Shown here: positions 26,171 to 39,902 of the stretch, in pieces
How the letters are laid out: each line of letters begins with the position of its first letter
Position numbering within the stretch: the stretch's first letter is position 1
Source of the DNA: Nemertoderma westbladi
Lineage: Eukaryota > Animalia > Xenacoelomorpha
NCBI GenBank assembly: GCA_032718475.1
Contig: JAUCBJ010007168.1
Coordinates: 1-64,000, forward strand
Direction: 5' to 3'
Length of the DNA: 64,000 bases
Notes under the pieces: generated by a model
What the model saw: only the letters and a program-made list of their open reading frames with translations
What the model was told of the DNA's origin: nothing
Databases searched by the model: none
Position numbers and translations under genes: made by a program

Positions 26171-27276
26171 ACTACAGTAACAGTAACTATAATACAGTAA
26201 CTCAACAGTACACCACTACACCACTACGGTATACCACCAACAGTACATCAATGTGCGTACTATTTACAAGTTACCCTTCACAGCCACTGCTTCATACTAG
26301 AAGGTTTAAATAAATTTCCTCATGTGTGATGACTATGTTATGTAGTCCATTCGTTACTTTCGCGAACGCAATGTTGCGTAATGATACACTTTGCCTCAGA
26401 TTTCTGGTCAACGTTGTCTTATCTGATTGTCGCTCGATAGTCGGCCGAAATTTAAGAAGAATTGCCACTAAAGTTTCTTAACAAGATCTCCGTGATGTAT
26501 ATTGGCGTCCCATGTGAAAAGCCCTGGTATTTAACTCCTGCTGATCAAGTGTGGTGCGTTGATGTTAGCATTTGCAAGTACAGTTTAAAGCTATTTATTA
26601 ATTTAAATTAATTTATTTATTTATTATTTATTTATTTTAGATTTCCGCCTTATGTTGATTTAGTGAGTGCTGTCCCAGTCATTTCTCATTACCAGTTATA
26701 TTTATTCATTCTGTGAGTATTTACATAATTTTGTGCTTTCTATACCGGTGAATTTATTTACTTGTTTGTATATATTACTCTCTGTACCCATATATTTCGT
26801 ATATAGGAGTAATAATATACAGTAATAAATAATAATATATAGATTTAAGATACATTACATAGTATAATGTACCCCAGTAACATACCGAATATACACCATG
26901 TCCTGGAATATAGAGTCGTTATTGAGGCGTCACCAACCTCCTAAATTTTTACACAATGCCTTTTTTTTGCAGAATCGCACCTTTTGCCGAAACGCAACGA
27001 CACCGATCTATAACACATCTATTAATTATCTTTATCTATAACCGAAGCTCAACTTCACTTTTACTTTCTGTTCAAAGGCGCAATATGCGATAGTTAAAAA
27101 ACAATACAGATATCATCATTCAAATAAAACAGACCAAAACAAAACAATACCAATAAAATAATTTAGGCTATTACAATGTACAGTATTTAGCTATTTACAA
27201 AATGTGTAATAAAATTCAAGCTAAATTGCTCGTTAAATAATTAAGTAATTAATAAAAAAAAAATCGCCATTATCGT

Positions 27277-27630
27277 TCATCCATAATGTAGTTTAAAGAG
27301 GTGTGTCTTCATTAAAACTCGCAACAGTGGGCGCACTGCGGACTTTGAGTGGAAGAGAATTCTAAATATTGGGCGAGTTACAGCGAAAGATCGCTTACCG
27401 TAGTTCTCTAAGTTATGTCGTGGGAGGACGAGGAGACCCTGGTCACTGGAGCGCAGTAGGCGGGTTAGAGAGTGTGGATGCAAGAGATCAGTAAGATAGG
27501 CCGGACCAATATTATTAATGCACTTATATGTCAAATGTGCAATTTTATTATCAATACGGCGCAGAATAGGCAGCCAAATGAAGATCACGCAAAACTGGTG
27601 TAATGTGCTCTGTTTTACAGAAAAGTAACT
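27277..27630 (-). mobile_element. CR1/L2-group LINE 3' fragment
   Basis: HITPVLRDLH / WLP..RRIDNKIAHLTYKC...PAYLTDLL...RLLRS...GKRSFAV, typical of L2/CR1 ORF2 C-termini. Confidence 0.75.
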
Positions 27631-27699
27631 TTATTGCCGAAATACGACTCTTGCCGAAACGCGATGTAACCGCTGCGCTGCGACGTACCTTTATGTAAG

Positions 27700-28620
27700 T
27701 GGTCGCCAGGCGCCCACAGTCTGTCTGTAACTGGTATCTAGACGCCCGCAGTATGTATGTAACTGGTATCCAGACGCCCGCAGTCTGTCTATAACTGGTA
27801 GCCCGGCGCCAGAAGTCTGTCTGTAACTGAGAGCCAGGCGCCAGCAGTCTGCCTGTAACTGGTAGCCAGTAGCGAGCATTCTGCCTGTAACTGGTAGCCA
27901 GGCGCCAACCGTCTGTCTGTAACTGGTAGCCAGGCGCCAGCAGTCTTCTGTAACTGGTAGCCAGGAGTCTGTCTGTCATTGGTAGCCAGGTGCTAGGAGT
28001 CTGTCTGTAACTGGTAGCCAGGCGCCAGCAGTCTGCCGCCTGTAACTGGTAGCCAGGCGCCAGCAGTCTGTCTGTAACTGGTAGCCAGGTGCCAGAAGTC
28101 TGTCTGTAACTGATAGACAGCTGCCAGCAGTCTGTCTGTAACTGGTAGCCAGGCGCCAGTAGTCTGCCTGTAACTGATAGCCAGGAGCCAGCAGTCTGCC
28201 TGTAACTGGTAGCCAGGCGCCAGCCGTCTGCCTGTAACTGGTAGCCAGATGCCAGCAGTCTGTCTGTAACTGGTAGCCAGGAGCCAGGGGTCTGTCTGTC
28301 ACTGGTAGCCAGGTGCCAGGAGTCTGCCTGTAACTGGTAGCCAGGCGCCAGCAGTCTGTCTGTAAATGGTAGCCAGGTGCCAGGAGTCTGTCTGTAACTG
28401 CTAGCCAGGCGCCAGCAGTCTGCCTGTAACTGGTAGCCAGGCGCCAGCTACTGCCTGTAACTGGTAGCCAGGCGCCAGCAGTCTGTTTGTAACTGGTAGC
28501 CATGCGCCATGAGTCTGTCTGTAACTTTCAGCCAGGCGCCAGCAGTCTGTCTGTAACTGGTAGCCAGGCGCCAGCAGTCTGTCTGTAACTAGTAGCCAGG
28601 CGCCGCCAGCCCAGCAGACT
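27700..28620. repeat. 32-bp minisatellite (~28 copies)
   Basis: Unit GTCTGTCTGTAACTGGTAGCCAGGCGCCAGCA; period 32 (28545, 28577). Confidence 0.95.
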
Positions 28621-28886
28621 GTCTCTATCTGTTAACCATAAGAATGTAATTTAAAGTGATAAATTAACATACAATGGTATCTACACTAAGGTAGTTACTA
28701 ATAATTGTTCTATAATAGGTTTTAATAATTGCCTCCTTTGATTGCCTTTATGAGACTTTATTCATTGCATAAGTAATTGCCTTTGTCAAAAGTGTATAAA
28801 TAGGAGGAGTTTTAGGCATTAAAACCATTCTCTATCATAAAATTATCTTAACTTTAGTTACAAAGTTATTTACAATTACTGTAAAA

Positions 28887-31207
28887 ATGTTACCCGTAAG
28901 TCTTAAACTATTTTCTCTGCTGTCAGCTCTTTTCCTACTCCAGGTAAGTTTATTTAATACATAAAGTATTCAGTTAGCGTTGTTATCTGAATTATTCATT
29001 TAATAATTTGCTCACGTGAATAAAGAAACCCTTTATTAAGGATGTTAGATTTATTCATCAAAACAAAAAAAATGTTTTCTCACAGAATTTTTCCACAAAC
29101 AGAAATTGTATTTAAACGGTTAGCATCCCAAAGAGAGTGACAACGCATACATGACTGTAGCCAACAGCCAGTTCCTCACAAACTGTCTGTTAGTTATTCA
29201 GTTCACATTTATTTTGGTTTTTGTCGAGTATTGCAGACTGGTTTGCTATTATTATGGCCTCCCCCAGTCTGATGTGTCCGGATATCCATATTGGTTGTCC
29301 AGTTGTCCTTTTAGTTGTCTAGTTGTCTGTATAGGTTATCCCCGTCACCACCATTTGGTGTCACCTTGTCCACAACAGATGTCCCCGTGTCGCGTTGGAT
29401 ATCCGTCTGTCCACGTCTTATTCCCATATCCACATTTGCTGTCCCATTATCCCCACACCAATTATCTTCAGTTAACACCAGTTGTTCCCCAACTCATATC
29501 AGTTTTCTTGTAATTTTGTAATATGTGGTGGATTTTTTCTGACAGGCCCCCTTTTTGGAGTTTGTTGGTTTAAAATGTCCGTAAATTACTAATTTTTTAT
29601 AACCCTACGCAATTGGGGGTGGGAAATTTTTCTACGTGATTATTTTTCACTTTCCATTAATTGACGTCAGAGTTATTTTTTGTACTTACGGTATTTTTGC
29701 ATTGTAAAACCTATATGTACAGTAAATACATATTTCAAGATACATTTCAATAAAATCGTATGTGCGTTTTCTTATTATCTATGCAATGACAGCACGGCAG
29801 AGCTATTTATAATTTATTTATTATTACAGGCAAATGAAGGACAATGTGAAGCCATTAATGTAAGTTTATTAGTTATATTAAATTATTATTTTAAATTTAA
29901 TTTCATGCGAATTCATAGATATTGTAAGTGGTGACAAGTTGATTTGAATTCATAAAATTTATAAAAATATTTCCTAACAGGTTACAGAGCTGGAAGAACA
30001 TAATATTACAGAGTTGAAAGAAAATAGTAATGGGTTGAGTGACCAAGTAAAAGATTTAATTATAACCCTAACTAACCAAGTCGATGAGCTAAATAACGTT
30101 GTTAGTTTCTTTTAACCAGTAATCATTTGTAACATAATTAGTTGCTAAATTTAAATTTATGCGATTTCATAGATATTGTAAATGTGACTTTTAAGTTGAG
30201 TTGCATTAATAAAAATTTATAAAAATATTTCCTAACAGGTTACAGAGCTGGAAGAACATAATATTACAGAGTTGAAAGAAAATATTAATGGGTTGAGTGA
30301 CCAAGTAAAAGATTTAAATACAAACCTAACTAACCAAGTCGATGAGCTAAATAACGATGTTAGTTTCTTAACCAGTAATCATTTGTAACATAATTCGTTG
30401 CTAAATTTAAATTTATGCGATTTCATAGATATTGTAAATGTGACTTTTAAGTTGAGTTGCATTAATAAAAATTTATAAAAATATTTCCTAACAGGTTACA
30501 GAGTTGGAACAACAGAATACAGAGTTGAAAGAAAATATTAATGGGTTGAGTGACCAAGTAAAAGATTTAAATACGAACCTAATTAACCAAGTCGTGTTAT
30601 GAGCTAAATAACGATGTTAGTTTCTTAACCAAAACCTTGCTTGGACAGGGAATAATGATTCAACAAAGAGTTGATGGATCTGTTGACTTCTATCGAAACT
30701 GGGATGAATATGTTGAAGGATTTGGCGACCCGAATACCAATATTTGGTTAGGATTGGAGACGATCCACAAGCTGAGTAAAGGCGGGGTGAAGTTGAGAGT
30801 CGACTTGTGGTTCACTGGATGGGGGTTTAAATATCCCAATGATTTTGATGACAATAACAATTATGGAAAGAATTACAACAACGAACACAAATACGCGGAA
30901 TACAACAACTTCTCCATCGGATCAGCTGCAACTAATTACAACCTAAATGTATCCGGTTACCATGGCACTGCTGGTGACTCATTGGAGTATTCCAACGGTT
31001 TCCCATTCACCACCAAGGACCGCGATAATGACAAGAAGGACTCCGTCAACTGCGCCGTAGAACGTACTGCGGCGTGGTGGTACAACGAGCTGCGCGTGCA
31101 GTAACTTGAACGGAGAATATGGTGGGAAGGATAGGAAAGGAACTCGTTGGCATTTTTTTACTGGATTTAATCCGGCTTCTCGAGTTGAAATGAAGATTTG
31201 GATTTAG
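28887..31207 (+). pseudogene. Secreted fibrinogen-related-domain (FReD; ficolin/angiopoietin/MFAP4-like) gene, probably pseudogenised
   Basis: TATA at ~28795. Exon 1 28887-28943 encodes a signal peptide (MLPVSLKLFSLLSALFLLQ|GT); exon 2 29830-29859. Coiled-coil exon starts at 29981, 30239 and 30495. FReD motifs IQQRVDGSVDFYRNW, WLGLE, GTAGDSL, FTTKDRDND and WWY. Frameshifts at ~30595 (+4) and ~31087 (+1; corrected frame reads WWYNSCACSNLNGEY...EMKIWI*). Confidence 0.8.
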
Positions 31208-32159
31208 TAAAACTGTAAGTTTTATATAAAATTACTAAATAATTTCAATGGAGTTACGTTGGAAACTTTCACAAAATTCCTAATGACCTCCATCACCATC
31301 TCTATGAAATATGCTGCTACATGGTTGCTTTAAAGTATTTCGTATAACATTATCTATGGTAAATAAATACAAAACCTGATTAATACTACTGTAGTTCCTG
31401 AATAAATATGTTAACGTTTTTTTTTTTACTATAAAATTATTTACTTTATCGTTTTTATTATTTATTTTGCAGTTTGAATTCCCAATAAGTTCTAGAAGAG
31501 ACTGAACCTTGGCTATTCTGCTATATGTTACCAGTTTATTTGTGTGATGGTTATCACAACGTTAGATGGTTATGGGTTATTGGTTTATGTTTGGTTAATG
31601 TTTACAATATATTAATAAATTAGTTGCAATGACTTAACTTTATTTACTTGACTTGATTAGACCAGGAGGGGCCTGTTGCATATAAATTAACCTTAGCTAA
31701 GGTGCTCAGCACCTTAAGTCCTAACAAAATATTGCCTTAAATATTTCAACATCCGTATCAGTTGTCTGCATAATAGTACCAAATATATTTTATAGAAACA
31801 TTTTGAGAACATCAGAGGAGGTCTGAAAGAAAAATTTGGACTTTTCCAAATCAGCTGATACAACTAAACTAATTAAATGTAATTAAAATTCTTTATTACC
31901 TAATAATATACAAATAAATACTATTATATTTTAACGTCTCTGTTTGAATATCGCCAGTTATTGGGTTTCTGGAACGGTTCCTGTGCCAAAGCTAGGGAGC
32001 GAAGAGGAGTCCTAAATGAACCGGAATCAGGAGCTGTCATACCAACTCGGATATATTCAAAAACATATTCATATATATCTCTACGTCTAACGTACAAAAT
32101 TAGTATAAAGTAATTCAATATCACACTCGAGATAGAGTCGTACTTTATAAATAAAAACA

Positions 32160-32900
32160 TACAACATAAAATATACCGGTAGTTGGAGCTGGGTGCAAGC
32201 ACAGTTTTTGCACAGCGACATGACATGGCAACTATATTTTAATATAAGAAATGTCATGTTGTCTCCTTGCAATCTCCTTTATCGGAGTGCATTCCTTTGT
32301 ACTCTATCAACGGCGTCACCATTGCCAATAAACCTTCCTGTCCCGACCTCGGTATTGAAGTATCAGCCGACTTACGGTTCAGTGAACACATTCAAATGAT
32401 CTCCTGTAAGGCCAGAAAGATATGTTTTCAAATACGTCGAGCTTTTGGTCACCGTAACGCAAATTTTCAATTCAATTTATTCAACGTTTTCGCAAGACCT
32501 ATTCTGTAATTCAAATCTCCAATATGGAATCCTTCTATTGATCGTGACATCAACATTCTAGAACGAGTTCAAGGAGATTTTGATAGACATTTACCTGGTA
32601 TGAAAAATTATTCATATAACGATCGCTAATGTTACATTTAAATGAATAACTACTGGAAATTCGTAGAATTAAAGCTGAACTAACTGAATAATGCACAAAA
32701 TAATTACGATTAATAACAACACAAATGAAATTTAGTCTGTCTCAAAATCGTTGCACAAGAGGTCACTCAAAAAAATTTACTATCACAAGATCAATTAGTT
32801 GTTTGTTAGTTGTTTTTTTGTGCGCCCTATAAATATCTGAAACAACCTACCAAACAATTTAATTATATCTTCCACTACTAACATATTTAGAATTAGAACC
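32160..32900 (+). mobile_element. Degraded CR1/Jockey-type LINE RT C-terminus
   Basis: DLGIEVSADLRFSEHIQMISCKA, ARPIL, SPIWNP, LERVQ and TRGH motifs, with in-frame stops. Confidence 0.7.
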
Positions 32901-33498
32901 ACAATATTGTAAGGCTTCGTGGAAAACGTCTATGTACATTGTTCACGATTAGGACTATAGTTGATTGACAAATTGCAGTTGGTTCATTTATTTGAACTAT
33001 CCTCTATGCCAACGTATGTAGTCATTTATATCCCACAGGAACTACTAATTACACTTATATTGAATCTTACATTAATTTAATTTATGTAGTTCCTTATATA
33101 TTTGCATTCTGTGGTGCCTCGAGGGCCACTGAGTGCCACTAATATATTTATGATACAGACGTGCTATCCTTCTGTTTTTGCGCAGCTCTGCTTTGCAAAT
33201 ATAAAACAACCGTTTAACGGGTGAAAGTGCTTTCTAAGGAAGGCATACATTTTAAAAGGGTGAGGGTATATGGACCCAGCATTGAAATGAGAAATTTCGA
33301 TTACCCCATTTTTATGATTAAATTAATCCCGTATAATCCCGTATATATATATATGTTTATTGACAGATATTTTGAGTGAAATAACCAGGTACAAATACAA
33401 ATACAAATAATCCTGAGAAGGGTAATTACATACAATGTAAACAAAACAATAAATGTCCATTAAGAATAATAATACAGGCACTTAATGAAAAGAAAATT

Positions 33499-35601
33499 TA
33501 ATACAGCTTTGGTGAACTAAAGCAATTTATTGGGAAGGAATACTCCACATCATTGGGTGTTGGGACAGTACAATAAATGCCTTAGTTTATCTGTCAAATT
33601 GAGAAGATTATAAATTATTGGAATGTCAGTGAAATATCTTAGGCTGCCTGCATACTAGCTTAATAACAGTCAAGAGTAGTGATTGGCCAGGTGTTCTTTC
33701 CTACTGGCAAGGGAGATACAGCAGCTCTGATTTACCTGGCTTACTGGATATTCTACACCACAATCCAATATTGGAGGCAGCAGGTCATACCTATTTGCAG
33801 GGAAATTGGCTAAATTACAAAATCGGTTATTTGTTGTATTTATATCTATGTGTATTCATATTTAATTGTCCTAATTCATAAATGGTCACTCAGAAGTTAA
33901 AATAGTCTTATATTACTTTCATTTGTTTATAAACGACTGGCAATTCAGCAATTGCAATTTCTTAGTTCATTAATTCAGTAATTAACAATTACAGAATTAT
34001 TCGCATTTTTTATGAATTGATTAATAGGCCTAATTTTGATAATAGTTTACATTTTGTATGTATAGCACCCACTGTACATAACTAACATAATACATAGTGC
34101 AGTAGTGGGTGCCAAGGTCCAGCGCAGCGCAGAGGCAACAGCGGTGCCTGCGATTTAATCATTCGATTGCGCAGCTTGGGCAGTATTACAAGAATTATAA
34201 GTGTTACTTCCCTTAGCACTTAGAGCAGAGCAGTCAATCACCAAGGGCACTGGTTGCTGTGGCTGCAGCCAGAAGTTCAGAGCAGAGAGGGCAAAGGGAG
34301 TGGCTGTGGCCGTGCTAGAGACTTGTTTCTAGAGAAGTACCTAAATTGTAGATGACGTGGCCATCCTAGAGACTTGCTTCTAGAGAAGTGCCTAAATTGC
34401 AGATGGCGTGGCCATCCTAGAGACTTATTTCTAGAGAAGTGCCTAAATTGCAGATGACGTGGCCGTGCTAGAGACTTGTTTCTAGAGAAGTGCCTAAATT
34501 GCAGATGACGTGGCCGTCCTAGAGACTTGTTTCTAGAGAAGTGCCTAAATTGCAGATGACGTGGCCGTCCTAGAGACTTGTTTCTAGAGAAGTGCCTAAA
34601 TTGCAGATGACGTGGCCGTCCTAGAGACTTGTTTCTAGAGAAGTGCCTAAATTGCAGATGACGTGGCCGTCCTAGAGACTTGTTTCTAGAGAAGTGCCTA
34701 AATTGCAGATGACGTGGCCATCCTAGAGACTTATTTCTAGAGAAGTGCCTAAATTGCAGAGGACGTGGCTGTCCTAGAGACTTGTTTCTAGAGAAGTGCC
34801 TAAATTGCAGATGACGTGGCCGTCCTAGAGACTTGTTTCTAGAGAAGTGCCTAAATTGCAGATGACGTGGCCGTCCTAGAGACTTGTTTCTAGAGAAGTG
34901 CCTAAATTGCAGATGACGTGACCATCCTAGAGACTTATTTCTAGAGAAGTGCCTAAATTGCAGATGACGTGGCCGTTTATTTGGGGATTTGGGGGTTATT
35001 TTGAACCATGATAAGGGTAACCACATTTCAGGGTATCAACTTTTCCCCAAAAATACAACGAGATTGGATGGCGATAATTAGATAAGGTATATGACGAACA
35101 CAATAATACAGCTTTGGTGAACTAAAGCAATTTATTGGGAAGGAATACTCCACATCATTGGGTGTTGGGACAGTACAATAAATGCCTTAGTTTATCTGTC
35201 AAATTGAGAAGATTATAAATTATTGGAATGTCAGTGAAATATCTTAGGCTGCCTGCATACTAGCTTAATAACAGTCAAGAGTAGTGATTGGCCAGGTGTT
35301 CTTTCCTACTGGCAAGGGAGATACAGCAGCTCTGATTTACCTGGCTTACTGGATATTCTACACCACAATCCAATATTGGAGGCAGCAGGTCATACCTATT
35401 TGCAGGGAAATTGGCTAAATTACGAAATCGCCCACCCACCCATCCCTCGTTTATCATGGTATTCCTGACAGTGGTCTTACCTCTTGGGGGTTATTTTGAA
35501 CCATGATAAGGGTAACCACATTTCAGGGTATCAACTTTTCCCCAAAAATACAACGAGATTGGATGGCGATAATTAGATAAGGTATATGACGAACACAATA
35601 A
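33499..35601. mobile_element. Non-autonomous element with split direct repeats (A1...B1-A2-B2), Ngaro/PAT/TOC1-like
   Basis: A = 33499-33825 and 35104-35430 (327 bp); B = 34989-35106 and 35484-35601 (118 bp). The B1/A2 junction equals the joined termini. No TSD and no coding domains seen. Confidence 0.7.
34315..34976. repeat. 51-bp minisatellite (~13 copies)
   Basis: Unit CTAGAGACTTGTTTCTAGAGAAGTGCCTAAATTGCAGATGACGTGGCCGTC. Confidence 0.95.
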
Positions 35602-35645
35602 ATACTATGTAAGATAGAGATATAGATAATAAAGCATTTCCTAAT

Positions 35646-37612
35646 TTAACTAAACATCTCTTGAATCTTGTAACAATAAGCACATAAGCTAGCCAATTTC
35701 ACTTTAGGGCAACTAAATAGATCATGGATATAGTTATAATTATCAAAACCAAAATTAGACCTTAAAATAGCAGTATACCGACAACGAAGCAAAACATGTT
35801 CTTCATTTTGCACTGAGCTTAAATCACACGAACATACTCGGTCTTCGGATGGGATACGAGCCCATCTTCCTTTCTCACTAGCTAAGTTATGTGAGAAGGT
35901 GCGATATCGAGTAAATGCAGTGCGATGAAAGTCGGGAATATAGGCGGTACTACTTAAATAAATATCATGCACACCTAGTTTAGGGTGTTCGGACACTTCC
36001 CCCCCCGGACACTTCCCCCCCGGACAGTTCCCCCCCGCTCAAGTAGGACACTTCCCCCCCGGACACTTCCCCCCCAGACACTTCCCCCCCGCGGACACTT
36101 CCCCCCCGACTGTTCTTAACTTCGCACATTTGTATTTTTCATTTTGTAAGGTAAACGGACCGCTTGTATCCAGATAAGTTGTATCCAATTTTCCTTACGT
36201 AGCTCAGAAAGTGATCTTTTGCATCCCGATTTTACATTTTATATCCAAGTTTTATTTATGGGTTTTATCAATGCAATTACATCGTATTGTTTGCTAATCT
36301 TTAAACAATTAATTATATTAGATGACCTATAAATTCCATCCCCCGAATGATATACTGTATTTATTAACTATAGAATTATAATAATTAATTGTTTTAATTA
36401 TAGGTATTATTATGTAATAGTCTTCTTCAAATTGTAGCAGATGGGGATCAATATTATTGTTGCAATCAAAATTATACCTCTCCAGGGTAAAATCGACATG
36501 CGTCTACCTGTATTCTGTTTTCAGCATTACATATTGATATACATATTATTACTATACATACTATATAGATATTATACACACTACATATTAAATTTCCTGG
36601 TTACTTGCAATATTTTTAATAGGATTTTGTTGAATTATATAATATTGTAGTAATTTATATATTAAATTGGTTAACATTCAATACAGCTCCTACTTTAGGC
36701 TTAGTCAATTTATTATCTGATGATACAAACATGAATTAATTATTTCAAAGTGGTCTTAAGTCTTTCACCACGGGCACTCAGGGAAATGCCGGGGTCTGGG
36801 GGCGATAACCCCCGAGAAAAGAAGCGGGGGTTTGGGGGCGGCAGCCCCCAAGAAAAGAAGCGGGGGTTTGGGGGCGGTAGCCCCCAATAAAAGAAGCGGG
36901 GGTTTGGGGGCGGCAGCCCCCAATTAAAATTAAAAGAATTAAAGGAATTAAAAGGAAAACAAACAAAATTTGACTATAAAAATGTTTCTTTTATAATTTT
37001 GAAAAAACTTGTCTAGATACAACTTGTCCTGTACCCATCTTTAACTTTTGTTTATTGCTTTGATGCACCAAGATTAATTTTAACACTTTAACTGGGGGGG
37101 GAAGTGTCCGGGGGGCAAGTGTCCGGGGGGGAAGTGTCCGGGGGGGAAGTGTCCTACTTGGGCGGGGGGGAAGTGTCCGGGGGGGAAGTGTCCGGGGCGG
37201 AAGTGTCCTAGATCCCTAGTTTAGGATTTAGTATACTACGATATAACTGAAACTTAGTAGCTGTAATTGGTTTAGCTAAAACTTTTAATCTTACTGCACT
37301 TAGAGATACTGAGGAAAAGTCAATATTGGTTGATTCACTTAGTAAGTTGTACATGCTGATATTTGAATCCGAACATAATTTAAATACTTGTTTAATAGGT
37401 AATGAGTCATTGGCTGTGATCGAATATTTTTTAAAGAATCTGACCCGGGCTTTCAAAATCAAAACAGCTAGGGGTTCGAACCCACCCTCCAAAAGACAGA
37501 TATCGTTCGGTGTGGTGACTCGTACCCCCAGCAAAGACTTTATTGCCTTCATATATAATCCTTCAATTACTTTAAAATTCTTGGTTAGCCACGATTCACA
37601 ACCATAAATTAT
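35646..37612 (-). mobile_element. LINE 3' end (C-terminal CCHC domain) split by a MULE-like insertion
   Basis: ORF 37208..37552 ends ...SILNPKLG and ORF 35646..35996 resumes PKLGVHDIY...SHNLASEKGRW...CSC...EEHVLLRC. The duplicated PKLG corresponds to the TSD. Confidence 0.8.
35984..37215. mobile_element. Non-autonomous MULE-like element, copy 2
   Basis: Same termini and internal sequence as 12688..13914; 9-bp TSD CTAGTTTAG (35975-35983, 37216-37224). Confidence 0.85.
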
Positions 37613-37878
37613 TCACAACTACAATTATAAATTAAACACAACATTATAAATTCACAACCGTACATAACTAAAATTAATAGTAATTAATATTAATATAAAC
37701 ACCCAAGAGTTGCATATTTCTAGTAGTGACGGCTGAATGAATAGAGTTTGTAAAGTGTACATCTAATATTCCTCCTCTCCCTCCTCATCTTCGGCTCCAC
37801 CACTATCAACTCCAACCTCCTCGTAATCCTACTCCAGAGCAGCAAGATCCTCACGAGCCTCGCTGAATTATCCCTCTT

Positions 37879-38150
37879 CTAACGCACAGCCCACATCCCT
37901 GCGCCATCGTCAAGCCCTATTGGCCGCCACGACCTCCGCCCACCCCTCAAACAAAGACCCACTGCCCGGACCAAGGCGATAGAAATCCGCGCCCTCACCC
38001 ACCCCAATACCGAACCACTAGGCTTAAAAATGAGTGAACGCTTCACGATTTTGCGTGTCATCCTTGCGCCGCGCGGGCGCCATGCTAATCTTAGCCAAGA
38101 GGCCCTACGAGAGGAAGACGGAGCCCCCCCTCAAACCCCAGACCAATCGC
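37879..38150 (-). mobile_element. CRE-like (RLE) non-LTR retrotransposon 3' fragment
   Basis: GWVRARISIALVRAVGLCLRGGR resembles the terminal W.R.R.S.AL.R....C.RG.R motif of CRE-clade ORFs (recalled, not searched). Confidence 0.5.
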
Positions 38151-38487
38151 GTAAGGGGTTTTGTGTCGCCGAGCAACGACTGTAAATACCTATGTAACGA
38201 TACAATTCTGATGTATTTCCAACCTTAATATACCTTTTCAACATTTCTAACCCGTATCAGTGTTCTTTCGTGATCTTTTTGGCCCCAGATGGCCATTTTC
38301 GACGACTGGTTACTCATGCGTTTTGGGCCGCTGAGCAATGACTGTAAATACATAAGAAACGGTACAACTCTTATGTATTCCCAACTATAATATGCTTTTC
38401 CATCAATTTTAACCCGTTTCAGTGTATTTTCGTGATGTTTTTGGCCCCATTATTTTTGACGAACATTACTCATATCGCAGCCTTATT

Positions 38488-39902
38488 CAGCCCTCCCAGC
38501 CAAAAAAATCGAGAAAAAAAAGGAAAAAAGGATTTAATATTTTCAAAAAAAAAGGAAAAAAAGGATCGGATGCAGTTAAAAAAAAGGAAAAAAGATAGGA
38601 TGCAGTTCAAAAAAAAAGGAAAAAAAGGATCGGATACAGTTCAAAAAAAAGGGGAAAACTGAATAGATATTATCTTTACAAAAGTAATAGTAAACATTGT
38701 GTCTTTCGCTTAGTGCTGTTTCTTGATTCTATCTCATTAACCTTACTGTTTATACTATGAAGAATCCCATAAAGAAACGTCCTGTTTTAAATGACAGGAA
38801 GATATCAAAGAAAGTTAAAAAATGTAAACACGCAGGAAAGAGAACAACGGCAATGGCAATATAATTAATATTAATTATAGTTAATATATTAATATTATTA
38901 TACAGATATTTTCACCTTTTTTGCCTAGTTATCAGAGATGGTCGAGTTCCGCCGATTGATGGTCATTGATAGAGGTTTATCAAATGATTGTAAATATAAC
39001 TTTAGTTTGAAAGTGATATAAAACCTTTGGAATGGATTTCCGGTCGTGGCTACATTTATATAAATAACAAAAATGCTTTTAGACGCAATCAAAATTCAAC
39101 CATATCCAGGGGAAAATGGACGCAAATAACAGCCGATTGCGAGCAAAAATGAAACTGTAACAGTGTTATAGGCTTTCATTTATTGTTTTGGTTAGAATAG
39201 ACTGCCACTGCAACCTGTTCCTTTCCCTAAATTGAAATCATCATTGTTGATTCACCAAGGCGGTTTTGCGTCAATTATAATAAATCACACGCTAAAAATG
39301 TAGCTGCGGAGAGAACTTTAATATACATATTTTCTGAGACAGAGACAGCCTCTGTCTCAGAAATAAATATATTAAAGTTCTCTCCACAGCTACATTTTTA
39401 TGGTAGCTTAGCTTGTGATTTTTGTCAAAAAAATATCTAATCAAAATATAATAGGCATATGCCCTGCCCGTCAATCTCTGTTATAACCTTGTCAATATCA
39501 GCAGCAAGCTGAAATTTCAGTTTATCTGCCAATGATTGCTGGGATCTAATGGTTTCCATTGGTACCGGTACCGTTAAGTATGATTGCAGGAAAATAACTT
39601 GTCCTGTACATTGTTATTAGTTTACTACCAAGCCAAGGACAACTATACTGATAGTATATAGTAAGTACTGAAATCGTCATATATGGAACTACAGTCAGAC
39701 AGTGGTACAGTACCGGTAATTGATTAAACTGCACGACCAGTCCATCTGTCTCCCGCTGCCTTGTACTGAATAGATGTTACAACTTACAGCAGGCTATTTT
39801 CTGAACTAAAAAAAGGAAAAAAAGGTGTGAAAATGGACAAAATAAAAGGAAAAAAGGGAAAATTCTAAAAAAAAGGAAAAAAAGGAAACTCTGGGAGGCC
39901 TG
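38488..39902. mobile_element. hAT/P-like non-autonomous DNA transposon
   Basis: TIRs CAGCCCTCCCAG / CTGGGAGGCCTG, A-rich AAAAAAGG subterminal repeats, and a partial flanking duplication CTTATT. Confidence 0.55.

Noticed and set aside
27551-28503. ORFs with repeated WRLATSYRQTAG
   Set aside because: Translation artefacts of the 32-bp minisatellite.
34277-35026. 249-aa ORF of 17-aa repeats
   Set aside because: Open by chance because the 51-bp unit is a multiple of 3; no domain and no non-repeat coding flank.
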